This document shows, piece after piece, positions 45,057-54,909 of a stretch of DNA of 64,000 nucleotides. Both the position numbers and the translations under genes were made by a program. Origin of the DNA: a virus (lineage: Duplodnaviria; Caudoviricetes); IMG/VR virus record IMGVR_UViG_3300028588_000001, positions 1 through 64,000 of that record. One strand, written 5' to 3'. Position 1 is the first letter of the stretch, and each line of letters begins with the position of its first letter. The notes beneath the pieces were generated by a model that had not been told where the DNA came from, did not search any database, and saw nothing but the letters and a program-made list of their open reading frames with translations.

Positions 45057-45686
45057 ATGGCGGCCCTCTCTGACTTCATGCCGTACGTGCTGCCCTACGT
45101 CCCAGGCTGCACCTACCCGCTCGCCGAGCTGCACATCCGGCAGATCTGTATCGACTTCTGTGCGGCCTCATCGGTCGTACAGGAGCAGCTGGACCCGATC
45201 GACGTGGTAGCCGGCCAGATCAATTACGACATCGACTCGGCACCGCATACCACACCCACGCTGGTCATCGAGGCCGCCTACCTGATGCGGCCGCTGGCCA
45301 TCATCAAGCAGGGCGACATCAACTTCCCGCGCGCCCACGAGTACCACGGCGAGCCGTTCGCGCTGATGCAGGCCGGCGACGGCACCTTCACGCTCGACCA
45401 CACCCCGGCCCAGGACATCGCCGGCGCGATCTCCCTGCTGGTGGCGACCAAGCCGGCCCGTAACGCGCAGAACGTCGCCGACCTGCTGCTGGACGACTAC
45501 GGCCACGAGATCGGCCAGGGCGCCGTCGGGCGCCTGCTGATGATCCCTGGCCACGAGTGGACGAATCCGGCCATCGCCGGCGCCTACACCCAGATCTACG
45601 AGAGAGCGCGCACCGACGCCCGCATTCGTGCCGAAGCGTCATTCGGGCGCACGTCGACGCGCGTGCGATCGCGCCGCTTCGAGTGA
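45057..45686 (+). CDS. Head-tail adaptor / tail tube-like protein
   Basis: Position; PYVLPYVPGC..IDFC..LMIPGHEWTNP. Confidence 0.6.
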   Translation: MAALSDFMPYVLPYVPGCTYPLAELHIRQICIDFCAASSVVQEQLDPIDVVAGQINYDIDSAPHTTPTLVIEAAYLMRPLAIIKQGDINFPRAHEYHGEPFALMQAGDGTFTLDHTPAQDIAGAISLLVATKPARNAQNVADLLLDDYGHEIGQGAVGRLLMIPGHEWTNPAIAGAYTQIYERARTDARIRAEASFGRTSTRVRSRRFE

Positions 45687-45689
45687 TCG

Positions 45690-45710
45690 AGCCCTTCGGG
45701 GCTTTTTTTT
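45690..45710 (+). terminator. Intrinsic terminator
   Basis: AGCCC-TTCG-GGGCT followed by a T-run. Confidence 0.8.
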
Positions 45711-45728
45711 CGCCTGTTGACTCCACCC

Positions 45729-46361
45729 ATGCCCACTACTACCGCCCTCTCGATCATCGATCGCGCCGCAAGCCTGCTCCAAGACACCGGCTACCGTCGC
45801 TGGCCCCAGGCGCGCCATCTGGAATGGCTGAACGAGGGCCAGCGCGAAGCGGCGATGCTCGACCCGACCCTCTACGTGGTGACGGACACCTTCACGCTCG
45901 AAAAGGGCACCAAGCAGGTATTGCCGGACGATGCGCGCGCGCTGCTGGACGTGCCGCGCAACGAGGACGGCTATGCGATCACGCTCGTGGCGCGCAAGTC
46001 GCTCGATGCCCAGGTACCCGACTGGCACGCGCCGAGCCGGGCAGGGCGCCGCGTCATTCACTTCGCCTTCGCCACGCTGGCCGATCCGTGCACCTTCTAC
46101 GTCTACCCGCCGTCACCCGGCGGCAATGCCGTGGAAGTGACCTACGAGGCGATTCCGCCGCTGGTCGGCCTGAACAGCCCGATCGCGATCCCCGATGACT
46201 ACGCCGGCGCCCTGGTCGACTACCTGATGTACCGCGCCTACGAGAAGGACAGCGAATACGGCGGCAATGCGGATCTCGCCGCGCTGCACCGCCAGAGCTT
46301 CGTGTCGATCGTGAAGGGAACGGGCGCCCCGCCCGCGCAGCCTGCCGCACCTGCCGCTTGA
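45729..46361 (+). CDS. Phage adaptor protein (DUF6682-like)
   Basis: IIDRAASLLQD..RWP..WLNEGQR..LVDYLMYRAYEKDSE. Confidence 0.75.
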   Translation: MPTTTALSIIDRAASLLQDTGYRRWPQARHLEWLNEGQREAAMLDPTLYVVTDTFTLEKGTKQVLPDDARALLDVPRNEDGYAITLVARKSLDAQVPDWHAPSRAGRRVIHFAFATLADPCTFYVYPPSPGGNAVEVTYEAIPPLVGLNSPIAIPDDYAGALVDYLMYRAYEKDSEYGGNADLAALHRQSFVSIVKGTGAPPAQPAAPAA

Positions 46362-46403
46362 CCCACCAGTTTCACCACCCACCAATCACTATAGGAGCCA
46401 CCA

Positions 46404-46814
46404 ATGGCAGGATTATCCGATTGGGCCGAGCAGCAAATGATCAACGCACTGCTGCGCGGCACCAACTTTGTCGCACCCGCGACGGCATCGCTGCGCCTCG
46501 CGCTGTTCACGGCCGACCCCACCGACGCCGGCAATCTGAACGAGGTCCCAAGCGGGACGTGGTACACGCGCCAGCCGACCGGCGCATGGACGGCACCGGC
46601 GCCGGCCGGCTCGGCCCAGCAGAGCACGAATGCGGCCTCGATCACCTTCCCGGCCGTCACGGTTTCGGCCGTTACCGTCACCCACGTCGGCATTTACGAC
46701 GCCAACACCGCCGGCAACATGCTGTTCTCGGCGCCGATGCAGTCCGCCAAGACCCTGCAAGTCGGCGACGTGCTGAGCTTCGCGCCCGGCACCCTGGTTG
46801 TCTCCGTCGACTGA
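46404..46814 (+). CDS. Small virion/tail protein
   Basis: LALFTADP..EV..YTRQ..ITFP..VTHVGIYDA..GNML. Confidence 0.75.
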   Translation: MAGLSDWAEQQMINALLRGTNFVAPATASLRLALFTADPTDAGNLNEVPSGTWYTRQPTGAWTAPAPAGSAQQSTNAASITFPAVTVSAVTVTHVGIYDANTAGNMLFSAPMQSAKTLQVGDVLSFAPGTLVVSVD

Positions 46815-46825
46815 TCTAGCGGCCC

Positions 46826-48013
46826 ATGAATTCCTTCGGTCTCAATAGTGCGGCACTCAATGCCGGCGTAAACGCTTCCGTCCTCGGCGCCGCACTGTTG
46901 GCGGCCGTGGGAACTCTCACCGCAGCGCCGTTGCGTACGGCGCTGCTTCCAGATCCTGTAGTAATCAGCTCAGGCGCGCAGCTCGACGCGCTCGGCGTGC
47001 GCATGTGCCTGGGCGCCGCCAAAACAGCCGCCGCCACGGCGCTGTCGGCAGATGGCGTGATCGCGATCACTTCGTCCGCCGAGAGCCGCGCCACATCGAA
47101 GATGACGGCGCGCTACACCGACGTGTACGCGACCATCGGATCGAGCTTCGCCGTCGACGGCACGAGAGTCCTGATCGGCGCCGCTGCAAGCGCGGGCACC
47201 TCGGCCATGACGGCCGAAGGCCAGCGCACCGCGTATTTCTTCACCTATCTGCCGGCGGCATCGGCAGGGTCCGCTGATGGCAGCGTCAAGCGCAGCGGCC
47301 AAGCAACAACCGATCGCGATGGTTATGTCGCGCCGATTAACGCCACCACCGGGTTCTCGGCAAATGGCCTGCGCACGGCAAACGGCCTGGCCGACATGGG
47401 CATCGCGGGCAGCTTCATCCCGGCCGACGCCCTCAAGACTCACGGCGGCCGCGCGCGCCTGGGCGTGTCGAGCAACTTGGATGCGCTGGCCTCTACCGAC
47501 GGGGCGTTCTCCCGATGGGGCTCGAACTTCACCGCGACGCCGCTCCACACGCACAACGCCGGCGCACAGCTGGTCGCGCGCACCACGCTGGACGTGCCGC
47601 CGATTGCCACGACGCAGGCATTTATCACGCGCGTAACGACCGTAATCGACTTCTTCGCCGACGGCCGCCTTGCACTGCGCGGAGCAGCCTCGCCCGCGTC
47701 GATGAGCCGCTTTACCTCGGCCGAGCGACTGGCCCAGCTGGGCAGTGCCTCCGCCGTGACGCAAAACGACCTCCTGGCCGCGCCATGGGTCTATCGGCCG
47801 GCATTCGCCGACATCCCGGCGTCCGGCTGGCTCACGGCCAGCGGCACGCGCGCCGCCAGCGGTCAAGCCGTCCTGGCCGTCACCGTCGGCTTTACCGCTG
47901 ACCCAATCGCCAACCCGGGAACCCTGGCCCCGGCCAGCCGCAGCGTCCGAGTGCCCGCAGACCCGCGAAGCATGCGCATCCCCTACGAGAACCGGACCAT
48001 GAGGGCCACATGA
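46826..48013 (+). CDS. Virion structural protein (Ala-rich)
   Basis: 395 aa starting MNSFGLNSAALN; lies in the tail operon. Confidence 0.6.
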   Translation: MNSFGLNSAALNAGVNASVLGAALLAAVGTLTAAPLRTALLPDPVVISSGAQLDALGVRMCLGAAKTAAATALSADGVIAITSSAESRATSKMTARYTDVYATIGSSFAVDGTRVLIGAAASAGTSAMTAEGQRTAYFFTYLPAASAGSADGSVKRSGQATTDRDGYVAPINATTGFSANGLRTANGLADMGIAGSFIPADALKTHGGRARLGVSSNLDALASTDGAFSRWGSNFTATPLHTHNAGAQLVARTTLDVPPIATTQAFITRVTTVIDFFADGRLALRGAASPASMSRFTSAERLAQLGSASAVTQNDLLAAPWVYRPAFADIPASGWLTASGTRAASGQAVLAVTVGFTADPIANPGTLAPASRSVRVPADPRSMRIPYENRTMRAT

Positions 48014-48291
48014 TTTTAGAAACATTCACCAAGCAGCCGCGCGAAAAGCTCGACTACGACGTGCTCTACGAGGACTGGCTCCCCGACACCGACCAGATCG
48101 ACGCCGGCAAAAGCACCGTCACCGCCGACAAACCCGGCCTGAATGTCACTTTCACCGTCACGGGCAAAGTGGTGAAGGTGTGGATCAGCGGCGGCGCCAA
48201 CAAAACCACCTACAAGGTAACGCTCACGATCGAGACCGATGACGGCCGCGTGAAGCAGGACGAATTCATCGTGAAGGTCAAGGATTACTGA
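48010..48291 (+). CDS. Fiber-tail adaptor-like protein
   Basis: FTKQPREKLDYDV..VKVWISGG..YKVT. Confidence 0.7.
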   Translation: MILETFTKQPREKLDYDVLYEDWLPDTDQIDAGKSTVTADKPGLNVTFTVTGKVVKVWISGGANKTTYKVTLTIETDDGRVKQDEFIVKVKDY

Positions 48292-51200
48292 TGACTCAGC
48301 TTTTCACCAACAACGCAACGTCGAAACTTGCGGCCGACATCACCGCGGCCGCCACGAGTTTGACCCTGCAGGCGGGCGACGGCGCGAAGTTCCCGAACCC
48401 GGGCGCCGGCGATGACTTCCTGCTTACGCTGTTCCAGCTCTTCGGCACCGCCGAGATCAATCACGAGATCCTGCTGGTGACGGCGCGCGCCGGCGACGTG
48501 CTGACCGTCGTTCGCGCCCAGGAAGGCACCACGGCCAAGGCTTTCAACACCGGCGACCCCGCCGAGCTGCGCCTCACCGCCGGCGCAGTCCTGCCGGCGC
48601 GCGCCGGCGCGCTCACGGGCGCCTTGAACGAGGCACAAACCGTCACTCTCGCGAGCACCGCTTCGATGCTGATCGGCTCGGCCAAGGCCAACACGATCAT
48701 CATTTCGGGCTCCACGACGATCAACGCCTTCGACACGGCGCCGATCGGCGCAATCCGCCGCACCCGCTTTCAAGGCGCACTGACGCTGACCCATAACGTG
48801 ATCGCGAACACGATCCTGGGCGGCGCGAGCATGATCACGGCCGCCGGCGACTGGTGCGAATGGATCTCGATCGGCGCCGGCAAGTGGGAAATGATGAACT
48901 ACACCCGCGCGAGCGGCAACGCGCTGGGCGTCGTGTCGCTGGACAAGGGCGGTACCGGCGCGACGACGGCGGCCGCAGCGCGCGCCGCATTGGGCGCAGC
49001 GCCTCTCGTAAGCCCGACCCTGACCGACAACGTGACGGTATCGGGCAACGCCGAGGTCGGCGCAACCTGGGCTTCTGGCGCCGGCGGCAAGTACACCCGC
49101 CTGTTCTACCGCGCGAGCGATGACACGTTCGGCCTGTACCTGTTCGACGGCAGCGGCGGCACGACCCGCTTGCGCTTTGTCGGCCGTACCGGCGCCATGC
49201 TGCTTTCTGAGGGCGGCGGCAACGTCGTCGTAGGCGCCAGTGCCGAGTTCTCGGGCGAAAAGCTGCAAGTGGCAGGCGCCGTCAAGGCGACGGGCGGCTT
49301 TGTCGGAGACCTCACCGGCAATGTCGCCGGCAACGTTTCAGGCAACGTCATCGGCAACGTGACCGGCAACGTCACGGGCAGCGCGGGCAGCGCGGGCAAG
49401 CTACAAACCGCGCGCAAAATCAATGGCGTGGCATTCGACGGCACGGCCGACATTACCGTGGCCGATAGCTCCAAGCTGGCCCTGACTGGTCACGTCGGGC
49501 TGCTCAACAGCGGCATGTCGCTCGGTATCAGCGGCTCGGATCTGAACAACCTCACCGCGACCGGCTTCTATCGCGGCAACCCATTGACGAACGCACCTGA
49601 CACTGGCTGGTGGTACGTCATGGTCGAGGGCCACGACAACACTGGCGCTGCTGCCGGCTGGGCCAAGCAAACCGTTACCTCTTATGGCTCGGGCAACAGC
49701 TATCCCGCAGGGGCAACGTTCGTGCGGGTGAAAACCTCCGACTCTTGGTCCCTCTGGCGGCGTGTTGGCTTGGCGGGCGGCGACCCAGCCGTCGAGTTTG
49801 CGGCAAGCAATGTAACCGCATCGGGGAGTGTAATTGCATCGGGCGCCGGCGGGTTCATGAGCAGCACCTATGTCGCAAACGGGCGTAACCCGATCTGGCG
49901 TTTCGGTAGCGCTCAAGGCTACGGCCTGAGCTACTTCCAGCAGAACGCGGGCATCAACAACCTGGACACCATTGGCCTGCACTTCGGCGCCCCGACCGCT
50001 GGCGGCTCGGCGTTCCAGTTCGTGAGCGATGGCACCAGCTTCTTCGGCAACCGCGTCACCAGCTACGCCGGCGGGTTCAGGGCCCAGGGCGGCGGCGACT
50101 TGGCTTTCCAGCCGGCAGCGGGTAGCAACGATAACGGCGACATCGTCTGGATCAATGGCGACGGGTCGGAGCGACATCGACTGTGGACCGAGATTGGTAC
50201 CAACACGATGCTGTACCGCTATAACGGCGGCACCGCATACAGCCTGTGGCACAGCGGGAACATGAACCCGAGCGAAAGCGCCGACCCAAGCAGTATCGTG
50301 CGCCGAACCACGAACGGCTACATCAACGGTAATTACATTTACATGACCGATGATGGCAATCCGGGCGGTAACGGGAATGCGGTCACGTCGATCATCACCA
50401 AGAAAGGCGACGACTACTACCGATCGTCCAATGCCGCAAGCGTCAAAGCATTCCTGAAATACTCTGGCGCCGATGTCTTTACCGATCGGATGGACTGGAC
50501 CAAGGACATTTGGATTTCTCGACACCTGCGCTGGCAGAACTACGGCAACGGGCACATCATCTTCGATGCGAGTAGTGGCGCGGCGCCAGAAGGCAAGGCA
50601 ATCGACCGAGTAAACTCGTCCGTCCCATGGTCGAGCACCTATCCAACCTTGATGGGGTGGAATGGCAACGAAACGTATGGCGTTCGCGTGGACTCGGCGC
50701 GCGTTGCGGACAACGTGTCATGGGGCGGAATCAGCGGCAAGCCGATCTTCATGGTCGACCAAGGCTCGGCCGCAATCGGGAATACAGACTCCCTTACCGC
50801 TCCCGGCTACTACAACCTGACCACCAGCGGCGACAGCTTGTGCATGCTGGTACTGGCACCGGGCGGCTCGACAAACATCACGCAGATCCAGTTCCACTAC
50901 AACGGCTGGATGAAGTTCCGCAACAAGACGGATGGGGCCAACTGGACCGGATGGAAGGATGTTCTTACCAACGTCAATATCGGCAACTACCGGGCGGCCT
51001 CTGCCGGTTCGGCTGATATCTCCGGCACCACCAGCCGTGTTCGACTGGTTCAGGGCCAGGATGCAGCATTCCACTGGGAAGGTCAGCCTGGTCAGCCCGC
51101 ATGGCTGTGGGGCGGTAGCGAGCCGACCAACATGTACGTCTATGATCCGCGCAATTTCAGCGTTGGATACGCGACGACTGCCAATCAACTGTCCGGGCCT

Positions 51201-51845
51201 GCGCACACCAATGGTAGTGATGGCTGGTGGCGTTCGTCGGGCAACACGGGCTGGTACAACGAGACCTATGCTGTCGGCATCTTTGCCGAGAGCGCCAATC
51301 TGGTCAAGGTCTACAACGGCGCCAGCTTCCAGACCGAAGGCAACTCGTATGCGAACCGCTTTCTGGGCAATGCCGGCTCGGCGGCTGCCCCGACCTATGG
51401 CTTCAACAACGACGGCGACAGCGGCATGTATTCGGGCGGCGACGGCACGCTGTACTTCTGCGTCAATTCCAGTTACGTCGGCGGCTGGGCGGGCAACAAC
51501 TTCACTTCCACCGGCAACATCACGGCATTCTCGGATGAGCGCCTGAAAACGAACTGGCGCCCGGTTCAAGACGACTTCGTGGCGAAGCTGGCCCAGGTCA
51601 AGGCCGGCGTCTATGACCGTACCGACATCGATCTGACCCAGGCCGGCGTGGGAGCGCAGTCGTGGCGCGAACTGCTGCCCGAAACCGTCACCGAGGACAA
51701 GGACGGCAACCTGGGCGTGAACTACGGACAGGCGGCGCTCGTGTCGTCGGTGGAGCTGGCCAAGAAAGTCGTCCAGCTGGAGAACAGTCTCGCGCAAGCC
51801 ATGGAACTGATCGCCCTCCTGAAACAGAAAGTGGATCTCCAATGA
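48291..51845 (+). CDS. Tail fiber with C-terminal S74 intramolecular chaperone
   Basis: N-terminal NNATSKLA..RAQEGT anchor; GNVx repeats; SDERLKTN..GVGAQ..VNYG..coiled-coil end. Confidence 0.9.
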   Translation: MTQLFTNNATSKLAADITAAATSLTLQAGDGAKFPNPGAGDDFLLTLFQLFGTAEINHEILLVTARAGDVLTVVRAQEGTTAKAFNTGDPAELRLTAGAVLPARAGALTGALNEAQTVTLASTASMLIGSAKANTIIISGSTTINAFDTAPIGAIRRTRFQGALTLTHNVIANTILGGASMITAAGDWCEWISIGAGKWEMMNYTRASGNALGVVSLDKGGTGATTAAAARAALGAAPLVSPTLTDNVTVSGNAEVGATWASGAGGKYTRLFYRASDDTFGLYLFDGSGGTTRLRFVGRTGAMLLSEGGGNVVVGASAEFSGEKLQVAGAVKATGGFVGDLTGNVAGNVSGNVIGNVTGNVTGSAGSAGKLQTARKINGVAFDGTADITVADSSKLALTGHVGLLNSGMSLGISGSDLNNLTATGFYRGNPLTNAPDTGWWYVMVEGHDNTGAAAGWAKQTVTSYGSGNSYPAGATFVRVKTSDSWSLWRRVGLAGGDPAVEFAASNVTASGSVIASGAGGFMSSTYVANGRNPIWRFGSAQGYGLSYFQQNAGINNLDTIGLHFGAPTAGGSAFQFVSDGTSFFGNRVTSYAGGFRAQGGGDLAFQPAAGSNDNGDIVWINGDGSERHRLWTEIGTNTMLYRYNGGTAYSLWHSGNMNPSESADPSSIVRRTTNGYINGNYIYMTDDGNPGGNGNAVTSIITKKGDDYYRSSNAASVKAFLKYSGADVFTDRMDWTKDIWISRHLRWQNYGNGHIIFDASSGAAPEGKAIDRVNSSVPWSSTYPTLMGWNGNETYGVRVDSARVADNVSWGGISGKPIFMVDQGSAAIGNTDSLTAPGYYNLTTSGDSLCMLVLAPGGSTNITQIQFHYNGWMKFRNKTDGANWTGWKDVLTNVNIGNYRAASAGSADISGTTSRVRLVQGQDAAFHWEGQPGQPAWLWGGSEPTNMYVYDPRNFSVGYATTANQLSGPAHTNGSDGWWRSSGNTGWYNETYAVGIFAESANLVKVYNGASFQTEGNSYANRFLGNAGSAAAPTYGFNNDGDSGMYSGGDGTLYFCVNSSYVGGWAGNNFTSTGNITAFSDERLKTNWRPVQDDFVAKLAQVKAGVYDRTDIDLTQAGVGAQSWRELLPETVTEDKDGNLGVNYGQAALVSSVELAKKVVQLENSLAQAMELIALLKQKVDLQ

Positions 51846-52525
51846 AACGAGGAATGAACGGCTTGACGCCGACGATCGACAGCGGCCGCGTGGTCAAGCT
51901 GTTTTTCAATGCCATTGTTGAGGGCGATAACGGCGCCCGCGTGGCGGCACCGCTCACGCTCGATGGACCGTTCCCAGCGCTTGACCAGCTGTCCAAGTCA
52001 GGCGAGCCCACGCAAGCCCAGATCCGGGCCGCCGCGCAGCAGCTGGCCGAGGACATGGGCCTGTATGCGCGCCTGGAGCAGCAGGTACGCGAATTCGAGC
52101 CGCCGGCGCCGAATTCGTCCGCGCCGGCTGTCGCTCAGATGCCCTTGAGCGACGACGAGACCAAAGCCGCTTGGGTCAACGACGTGGACACCACGATCGG
52201 CGACATCATCACGCGCTTTACCCGGTTCCAGCTGGGCTACGAACAGCGCGAGCAGGCGGCCAAGGCCTACAAGGCCGCAGGCTATGCCGGTGACGTAAGC
52301 ATCTGGATCTCGGGCTTCGCCGACAACGCGAAGCTGGGCTACCGGGATGCGGCCGACCGGATTCTCGCCCAGGCCGCGGCGCTGCGCGCTGCTGTCGTCC
52401 AGCTCGACGGCACGCAGCGCATGCGCAAGTACTCCATTCTGGGCGCGGCGACGATCGGCGAAGCTCGCAAGATCTACGCCGACATCATCCAGACCGTGCG
52501 CGGCATCGAAGCGAGCCTGCCATGA
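51842..52525 (+). CDS. Tail fiber assembly-like protein
   Basis: Follows the fiber; YEQREQAAKAYKAAGY..AADRIL. Start could be 51854. Confidence 0.6.
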   Translation: MKRGMNGLTPTIDSGRVVKLFFNAIVEGDNGARVAAPLTLDGPFPALDQLSKSGEPTQAQIRAAAQQLAEDMGLYARLEQQVREFEPPAPNSSAPAVAQMPLSDDETKAAWVNDVDTTIGDIITRFTRFQLGYEQREQAAKAYKAAGYAGDVSIWISGFADNAKLGYRDAADRILAQAAALRAAVVQLDGTQRMRKYSILGAATIGEARKIYADIIQTVRGIEASLP

Positions 52526-53004
52526 CGTTGCCAGCATCCGGCGCGCTGAGCATGGCTCAGATCAATACCGAGTTGGGCGTAGGCGCGACCGCAACCATGT
52601 CGATGGATGCCGCCTCACTCCGAGCGCTGGCCGGCCGGCCGGCCGGCTCGATCAGCTTTTCGGACCTGTGGGGCAAGAGTTCCATGCAGCCGCTGACCGC
52701 TGTGGGCAATGAAGCCTACAGCAGCGCCTACACCGCGAACGGGCGCGGCACGGTCTCGGCCCAGCCATCCGTCACGGTAAGCGGCGCGTTCAACGGGTTC
52801 AGCGTGGTCTGGTCGTTCATCGACAACCCGTTCGGCATGGGCCTCACGAACCCGAATGGCAATTATCCATCCGTCAGCTATCAGTTTGCCCGGTACATGG
52901 AAGGCAGTGCCGGGGCTTCTTTACGGGCCGTCATTACTGACGGTGCCGGCCGCAGCATCACAGTAAACAATATTTACGTGACCTTTGACTTCTATGGGTC
53001 GTAA
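52522..53004 (+). CDS. Short tail-fiber-associated protein
   Basis: MTLPASGALSMAQINTELG..ISFSDLWGKS N-terminus. Confidence 0.65.
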   Translation: MTLPASGALSMAQINTELGVGATATMSMDAASLRALAGRPAGSISFSDLWGKSSMQPLTAVGNEAYSSAYTANGRGTVSAQPSVTVSGAFNGFSVVWSFIDNPFGMGLTNPNGNYPSVSYQFARYMEGSAGASLRAVITDGAGRSITVNNIYVTFDFYGS

Positions 53005-53012
53005 AGGAAAAC

Positions 53013-53513
53013 ATGAACTATGACCAAGCGCGCGAGCGCATCGAAACTGGCGACCTGATTGCGGTACGCGGCAAAGAGGGCCTGCTCACCCCCTTCACCA
53101 AGTTTTTCACACGGTCCCCCTACACCCATGTCGGCATCGCCTTCTGGATGAACGGCGGCCTGTGGATGTCCGAGATCAACGGCGGCCGCAATCACGCGAT
53201 CCCGCTGTCCCAGCTGGCCGACAGCGAATTCGACGTGTACGAGCGGCCGCCCGGCCTCTCGATCGCCGACATGCTGGAAGCGATCAACGAAGCCCTGCGC
53301 GAGAAGATCGACTACGGCTACCTGTCCCTGCCCGTGATCGGCCTGATCAACTTCCTGGGCATCAAGGTCTTTATCCACGCCCGCCGCATCATGTCGTGCG
53401 CCGGCTACTCGGTCATGACGTACGAGGCGGCCGGCTGGCCCGAGCACACGCGGATTCTGTCGCCTCGCGACCTGGCCGCGCTGCTGAAATTCAAGCTGGC
53501 CGTTCGCCCGTAG
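53013..53513 (+). CDS. Permuted NlpC/P60 (YiiX/YebB-like) hydrolase
   Basis: TGDLI..YTHVGI (His first) ..DYG..SC (Cys last). Confidence 0.75.
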   Translation: MNYDQARERIETGDLIAVRGKEGLLTPFTKFFTRSPYTHVGIAFWMNGGLWMSEINGGRNHAIPLSQLADSEFDVYERPPGLSIADMLEAINEALREKIDYGYLSLPVIGLINFLGIKVFIHARRIMSCAGYSVMTYEAAGWPEHTRILSPRDLAALLKFKLAVRP

Positions 53514-53541
53514 GGTGCAAGGGTTGCAGTACCAAAGGTGA

Positions 53542-53566
53542 AGCCCGTGCGAAGCGGGTTTTTTTT
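53542..53566 (+). terminator. Intrinsic terminator
   Basis: AGCCCG-TGCGAAG-CGGGTT followed by a T-run. Confidence 0.7.
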
Positions 53567-53620
53567 CGTCCACATCCAACCACCACCCTGCCCATGCAAC
53601 CCACCGAGGAGATTGCCGAC

Positions 53621-53875
53621 ATGGCTCTCAAATCTAGCCCACCAGTCGCGGTAGCTGCCGTAAATGCCTTTTCCGATGTGTCCCTGCCGCACATCGTCAA
53701 CGTGCTCACGGCCCTGTACCTGCTGCTGATGATCGCCCACAAGGCCTGGACGATGTTCCGCGAATACAAGGCCGCCGAGCGCGCGGCCGCCTACGTCCCT
53801 CGCTCGAAGGACCGTCGCGCACGCCCGCGCGACACCGATGAAAGGAGAACCCCGAATGAAGGACCCGATAGCTAA
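53621..53875 (+). CDS. Holin
   Basis: TM segment IVNVLTALYLLLMIA with a basic tail; immediately before the lysozyme; GAGGAG RBS. Confidence 0.7.
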   Translation: MALKSSPPVAVAAVNAFSDVSLPHIVNVLTALYLLLMIAHKAWTMFREYKAAERAAAYVPRSKDRRARPRDTDERRTPNEGPDS

Positions 53876-54350
53876 AAGCGCGATCGCGCTGGTGACGGCT
53901 GGCCTCATCACCAGCGTCAACGCCCTCGAAGGCATCCGGTATGTGCCGTACGAGGACATCGTGAACGTGTGGACTGTCTGCGCCGGCTATGCCGGCAAGG
54001 ACGTGGTGCGCAACAAGATCTACACCCCGGCCGAGTGCAACACGCTGACCACGCGCGAGCTGACCGCCAAGGGAACGGCGGTCCTCAAGTGCACGAAGGT
54101 CCCGATCTCGCAGGATGAATACGAGGCATACACCCTGTTTGCCTACAACGTGGGCAGCAGCGCGTACTGCAATTCGTCCCTGCTCAAGAAGCTGAACGCC
54201 GGCGATCGCGCCGGCGCCTGCGCCGGGCTGATGGCGTGGGACATGGCCGGCGGCAAGCACGTCCAAGGCCTGCGCAATCGCCGCGACTACGAGCGGCGCC
54301 TCTGCCTGGGCCAGATCCAGCGTCCGGCACCGCCGGCCGCACCGAAATAA
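53856..54350 (+). CDS. GH24 lysozyme (SAR-type endolysin)
   Basis: E-x8-D-x5-T triad (EGIRYVPYEDIVNVWT); weakly hydrophobic N-terminal SAR segment; GLRNRR. Confidence 0.92.
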   Translation: MKDPIAKSAIALVTAGLITSVNALEGIRYVPYEDIVNVWTVCAGYAGKDVVRNKIYTPAECNTLTTRELTAKGTAVLKCTKVPISQDEYEAYTLFAYNVGSSAYCNSSLLKKLNAGDRAGACAGLMAWDMAGGKHVQGLRNRRDYERRLCLGQIQRPAPPAAPK

Positions 54351-54366
54351 CCGAACGGAGTAGCAC

Positions 54367-54909
54367 ATGGAAATCTCGAAACTCGCCGGCGTGACGCTGC
54401 CGACCTGGGGCCGCCTGCCGGCGATCCTGCTGGCCGTCGCCTGCATCTTCCTGCTGGGCGCCCTGTGGGGCGAGGGCCGCGCCGGCGAGCGCGAGATCGA
54501 CAGCGCCGACAAGCGCGTGGCGGCCGCCGCCCAGGTCGCGCATGCGCAGGAGCGCGTGGTCGTGAAAACGGAAGTGGAGTACCGCGACCGAATCCGCACC
54601 ATCTACCAGAAGGGAGAAACGATTGAAAAACAGGTACCAGTCTATGTCACGGCTGCTGATGACGGCCGTTGCAGTGTCAATGCTGGCTTCGTGCGCACAT
54701 ACAACGCAGCCTGGGCCGGCGAGCCTGCCGGACCTGCCGCCGATTCTGACCGAGAACCCGCCGGCGTACCGCTTTCTGGAGTCGCAGAAGTCGACGCCCA
54801 CAACGCCGCCGCCTGTATCGCATGGCGAGAGCAAGCCCTCGGGTTGAGGGAATTCTACAAACGCCTGCAGGCGGCCACCGCCGGCCAGGACAACGGGAGC
54901 GCGCCATGA
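54367..54909 (+). CDS. Rz: Inner-membrane spanin
   Basis: N-terminal TM followed by a coiled coil; follows the endolysin. Confidence 0.75.
   Translation: MEISKLAGVTLPTWGRLPAILLAVACIFLLGALWGEGRAGEREIDSADKRVAAAAQVAHAQERVVVKTEVEYRDRIRTIYQKGETIEKQVPVYVTAADDGRCSVNAGFVRTYNAAWAGEPAGPAADSDREPAGVPLSGVAEVDAHNAAACIAWREQALGLREFYKRLQAATAGQDNGSAP
54644..54847 (+). CDS. Rz1: Outer-membrane spanin lipoprotein embedded in Rz
   Basis: MSRLLMTAVAVSMLAS-C lipobox, Pro-rich, +1 frame fully inside Rz. Confidence 0.75.
   Translation: MSRLLMTAVAVSMLASCAHTTQPGPASLPDLPPILTENPPAYRFLESQKSTPTTPPPVSHGESKPSG

Noticed and set aside
49315-49380. Short DNA repeats as a CRISPR-like or regulatory array
   Set aside because: They encode in-frame GNVx peptide repeats of the fiber shaft.
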